A stretch of DNA of 64,000 nucleotides from Octopus vulgaris (Eukaryota): assembly GCA_951406725.2 (NCBI GenBank), contig OX597832.1, positions 48,484,001 through 48,548,000 of the forward strand. The letters are read 5' to 3'. Positions 58,928 to 64,000 of this stretch are shown piece after piece (within the stretch, counting starts at the first letter, position 1; each line of letters opens with the position of its first letter). The notes under the pieces are model-generated. The model saw nothing but the letters and a program-made list of their open reading frames with translations. It made no database searches and had not been told where the DNA came from. Position numbers and translations under genes: made by a program.

Positions 58928-59515
58928 TATTATATATGGATGTGCGAATGGCATCCGCACGTTTAAGCTTGTTCCCTAACTCACACATTTACACACACAT
59001 GAAATGAGTTTCCGGGGTGTATTCGGCAACGTTTATATGCTCACCAGCGAGTGTGTTTCTGTGTGTACGTGCATGTACGTCTCTGTGTCTGTGCGTGTGT
59101 ACATATACATATATATATATATATATACATATACATACATACATATATATATATGTATGTATGTATATGTTCATGAGATTGTAAGCACGAATATGTGAGT
59201 GTATTTGTGCGTTTACAAGTATATATATATATGACTTGCGTGGCTTGTCTTCAAGCTTAGGCAAAAATTCCATATCAGACAAGATAATTCAATAGATAAA
59301 TATCTGAATGTATCTAGACTTCAATATATATATATATATACAGACATAAGCTACTTAATTGTTTTAGCTATATTTACAGAGCTATCGTTTAAATACTAAT
59401 AGGTCTTCATAAAACTCTGTCAGCACAGCAAACATTGGTGTATTATGAGCACGGGGAAAGCAATATCCACTCGTAATCTCGCAAGCAGTGCGTTTATGTG
59501 TGTGGCATAAACGCA

Positions 59516-59570
<55 letters not shown>

Positions 59571-60217
59571 ATATATACATATGGACTCCTACATATACAC
59601 ACATACACATATGTGTATGTGAAACTATGCCATAGCTGTTTATCCCGAAGGGTCTTACTTCTCCAGCATCAGACTTGACAGCTGTAGTAAGGTCTCTTAA
59701 ATGGAAAATACAGATAGATATAATTATTAGCGACAGCAGCAATGTTAGTAACGAAAGGCAATATTTACATCCAACTTAATGTGGATGTTCTTTTAGAGTG
59801 CCGAATACTGCGATATTAGCCTTGAGAAGTCCTGTGATTTAGACTCGTGGTACAGAAAAGTACACATACATATATCGCTAGCTGACGACCGACAATCGCC
59901 TGTTACAGAAGCCGAAACTTCCAGTTCACGTGATTTCGACGTACTGCGTCTCTTCGGTGACAGTTGCCTGCTATAAGCATTCCAGCCAAATATCACTGCC
60001 AACGATATATACAAATTACAGTTGACCTTTCAGGCACTGATGTCACAAATAGCCAGCAGGCTTATCAAAAATAATTATTAACCACGCAAACCGTTAATAA
60101 TTATTTACGGAAGGGTAATGTTTACATCAAACTTGACGTGGAGGTTTTAAGAGGTTGCCGAACACTGTGGTATTAACCCCCGAGAAATCCTCTCATATAA
60201 ACTAATGTTGCATACAA

Positions 60218-60305
<88 letters not shown>

Positions 60306-60649
60306 AGCAGACACCAATCATCTGCAATGGGAGCCGGAACCACCAGATCACGTAGTTTCGATGCACTTCGTCTCCTTTCACAATGAATTGTAATAAAATT
60401 CAGTCACAATACAAAGCAGTCATAAATTAAGCTAATACATTTATAATTTGTTCCGTGTGGGGAACCGGCATGGCAAAGACTAGACCCAGCGTTTCCTCTG
60501 CATGTCGAAAAAGACGACTAAAAGACGTTGAGGTACGATTTGCACTCCGACGTTCTAGAAGCCTCATAAGCAGCGTCTACCCATAAGAGACTCCATGGTT
60601 TGGAGGATTGTCGCCTGAGTGATGCAAAGGCGTCTATACATACATATAT

Positions 60650-60817
60650 ATATGACGGACTTCTTTCAGTTTTCGTTATTCCAAATCCACTCACAAGGCT
60701 TTGGTCAGCCCGAGGCTATTGTAGAAGACACTTACTCAAGGTGCCACACAATGTGACTGAACCCAGAACCATGTGGTTGGTAAAGAAGCTACTTACCACA
60801 CAGCTACTCCTACGCCT
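60650..60817 (-). mobile_element. SINE family B 5' half
   Basis: Head and CORE-like match. Confidence 0.8.
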
Positions 60818-60874
60818 ATTTATAAATCTATGCCTGTTTAATTTAGTATGCATACACATACACAACAACGTAGC

Positions 60875-60968
<94 letters not shown>

Positions 60969-61414
60969 AATCAATCAATATACCTATCTATCTACAGACA
61001 CGCATTCACACTTATAAAAATATACATATGCATATATAAATATGTTGATACATATACGCACTATAGCTGTGAGTCCGTGCAAATCTATTAAATGAATCGC
61101 TTCCCAATCAACGTGAAATGGCTTTGTATAACATAAATAATTGAAGATATCATTGAGTACATTAGACACAAAATGTATTCTACGGAGTCTATTTTCCGCT
61201 CTGTGTAAATGACTGGAAATTAGATTACAGAAAGACGGATGCAAATGCGAGAATCTATGAGGAAGCTTGTCTAATTGTATAGTTGTGTATGTGTGTGTGT
61301 GTGTGTGTATGTGTGTGTATGTGTGTGCGTGTGTTGATGGATGCTTTTGTGTTAGTGTCTGTTATATTATAAGCTGTCATTCTAATTTTAATCTCTATAA
61401 CACACGCACATGCA

Positions 61415-61548
<134 letters not shown>

Positions 61549-61559
61549 TTTTGTGTGTT

Positions 61560-61943
61560 TATTCTTTTATTCTTGTATTTGTTTTAGTCATTTGACGGTT
61601 GGCCATTCTGGAGCACCGCCTTTAGTCGAGCAAATCGACCCCAGGACTTATTCTTTGTAAGCCTAGTGCTTATTCTATCGGTCTTTTTTGTCGAACCGCT
61701 AAGTTACGGGGACGTAAACACACCAGCATCGATTGACAAGCGATGTTGGGGGGGACAAACACAGACACACAGACATATGCACACACATATACATACATAT
61801 ACATATATACGACAGGCTTCTTTCAGTTTCCGTCTACCAAATCCACGGTCTGAGGCTATAGTAGTAGACACTTGCCCAAGGTGTCACGCAATGGGACAGA
61901 ATCCGGAACCATGTGGTTCGTAAGCAAGCTACTTACTACACAG

Positions 61944-61945
<2 letters not shown>
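61560..61945 (-). mobile_element. SINE family B
   Basis: Family match. Confidence 0.85.
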
Positions 61946-61996
<51 letters not shown>

Positions 61997-62386
61997 GTAT
62001 ATATATATTTACAAATAAGGATAATATCGATATTCAAATATCGATCTTATCAAGAGGCCAGCATGGGAACAAATACCATACAAAGGTAGTAATTATTTAA
62101 AACTGTAAATAAGGGTATCTGAGAGATACCACCATGCCGAAATAGCAGTCAAGACCCCGACTCCCAAAACCACCTTAAAAGTTCATATCGCGCCATGAGA
62201 TAAGACAGAGAGACAAAAAAAACTAGCAAAAAAGATTTTACTGGATAATTCGAGATCCTTGATTTCTGACTTTGCTTCCTCTAAGATCTGCCTTCGTCAG
62301 GTGAATATGCCAGATGGGTACATAAATACAAATATATATACAGAACATACGTGATACTTACATATACGAACGTCCTTACACACACA

Positions 62387-62480
<94 letters not shown>

Positions 62481-63171
62481 GCAAGATTTTTTATGTGAAG
62501 TCGTGTGTTGAAACAGATATTGTTATATTTCGGAATGGTCATATTGCCAGTTTAGCCAATAAAAACACACGCACTATATATTTGGTGTTATTTTGCTTCA
62601 GTGATATTTATTTTTTACATTAATCTTAATCTTATTTCGGCCAAAGTTCTTTCGTCACACTCCTGTGACCGCATCAGTGGTCCTTTGTTTTCTTCTCACT
62701 TACTTGTGTCTCTCCTTACTAACCGTCAGCCATTTTGTATTTCTATTGTATGTCTTCATTTGCGCATGCTTATATCTCTATGTGCGTCTATGTTTATTTA
62801 GTGTGTGTGGGGGGGGATGCCTGTAATATTTGTATCTTCTGGTTATATACATTCTTGTAATTTGTATTTTGTTTTTGTTGTTGTTGCTTTTGTTCTAATT
62901 TTGTTCATGTGTTTACATCCACCCATTATTATCATTACATATGCTTGTATGTATGTATAACAACAATATTAGTAATAATAATAATAAATCTAATCGAAAA
63001 AAAAAAAAAAAAGAATATACATATACATATATATATATACATACATATACATATACATATATATATATATACATATATACACACATATATACACATATAC
63101 ATATATATAGATATTCATTTCTATTTCTTTAATTACCTGTGTATTTATTATGTTTGCAGGATCCACTATTG

Positions 63172-63766
63172 TCATATGTTGTGGTGTGCGCTATTGCTCC
63201 ATTCTAGTTTTCTATTCAGGCTAGGTTTATTTTCTATTATATGTGTAGCTTCTGTAATTTGTCTAATTGTTGCATCTGTTCTATGTGTGGACAATATCTT
63301 AATCTCTATGTTATTGATTGATCCCCCGTGTTCTTGTTCGGCGTGTTGGTACAGAATCGATGAGCTTTTACCTTCCTTGAGTTGCCTCCAATGTTCATTC
63401 ACCCGCTCACCAATGCTTCTTGCAGTTTCCCCTACGTATGTTACTGTCTTGTTACTGCATCGTCCCTCTATACATCTTATACTATAGACCACATTTCTGG
63501 CTTTACAGTTCGTTTGTGGGCTAAATCTACATACAGTGCAATAGTTATCCGTACAGAGAGTTCTACTAAAAGGATAGCTTCTACCAATTATAGATCTGAT
63601 AGGGTTGCCTGGCTTTTCAACAACCTTAATTCTTAGTTTAAGTTTATCTAGGGTCCTTCTAAAGCGGTACGCTAGTTCACCTCCAGGGGTGGTGTCAACG
63701 AACATGACACTCTGGTATTTATGGCTATCATACCAAGAGTTGGCCTTCCCTATTTTCCTATGGCTC
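63172..63766 (-). CDS. PLE ORF C-terminal fragment: Cys-rich linker plus GIY-YIG endonuclease
   Basis: FVDTTPGGEL...CTDNYCTVC...NCKARNVVYSIRC...YVGETARSIGERVNEH...LYQH...EH...RQITEATHI...KPSLNRK; the frame is open but RT is absent. Confidence 0.9.
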
Positions 63767-63809
63767 ACGGTTAGTAAGGAGAGACACAAGTAAGTGAGAA
63801 GAAAACAAA

Positions 63810-63854
63810 GGACCACTGATGCGGTCACAGGAGTGTGACGAAAGAACTTTGGCC
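63810..63854 (+). ncRNA. Hammerhead-like motif with variant core in the pLTR (mirror copy at 62639-62683, -)
   Basis: GACCA-CUGAUGC-G-GUCAC(AGGAGU)GUGAC-GAAA-GAAC-UU-UGGCC. Confidence 0.55.
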
Positions 63855-63968
63855 GAAATAAGATTAAGATTAATGTAAAAAATAAATATCACTGAAGCAA
63901 AATAACACCAAATATATAGTGCGTGTGTTTTTATTGGCTAAACTGGCAATATGACCATTCCGAAATAT

Positions 63969-64000
<32 letters not shown>

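Larger units (their letters stand above)
62473..63976 (-). mobile_element. 5'-truncated Penelope-like retroelement with inverted pLTR
   Basis: GIY-YIG ORF end; 210-bp inverted repeats at 62517-62726 and 63767-63976; (TA)n at both ends. Confidence 0.9.

Overview
AT-rich, microsatellite-saturated eukaryotic non-coding DNA. The SINE families and repeat style point to an octopus (coleoid cephalopod) genome; this is inference. No intact host protein-coding gene is recognisable, and almost all ORFs in the track are translated microsatellites. The window holds dozens of tRNA-derived SINEs in three families (A, B, C), decayed Tc1/mariner elements, a CR1-type LINE remnant, an R4/Dong-type fragment and a truncated tRNA-Glu. 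It also holds a 5'-truncated Penelope-like element (PLE) with a GIY-YIG endonuclease and an inverted pseudo-LTR. The main hidden signal is RNA structure: about 17 type I hammerhead ribozyme (HHR) or HHR-like motifs from several short families, mostly inserted in (TA)n and often as inverted pairs. The most striking is a ~491-nt non-coding unit at 45.9-47.2 kb, present as tandem, inverted and circularly permuted copies. It carries a canonical-core HHR with a long G-U-rich stem II extension, and one copy stops exactly at the predicted cleavage site. It is a candidate retrozyme/circRNA-type non-autonomous PLE system. All folds were derived by eye and none is tested.
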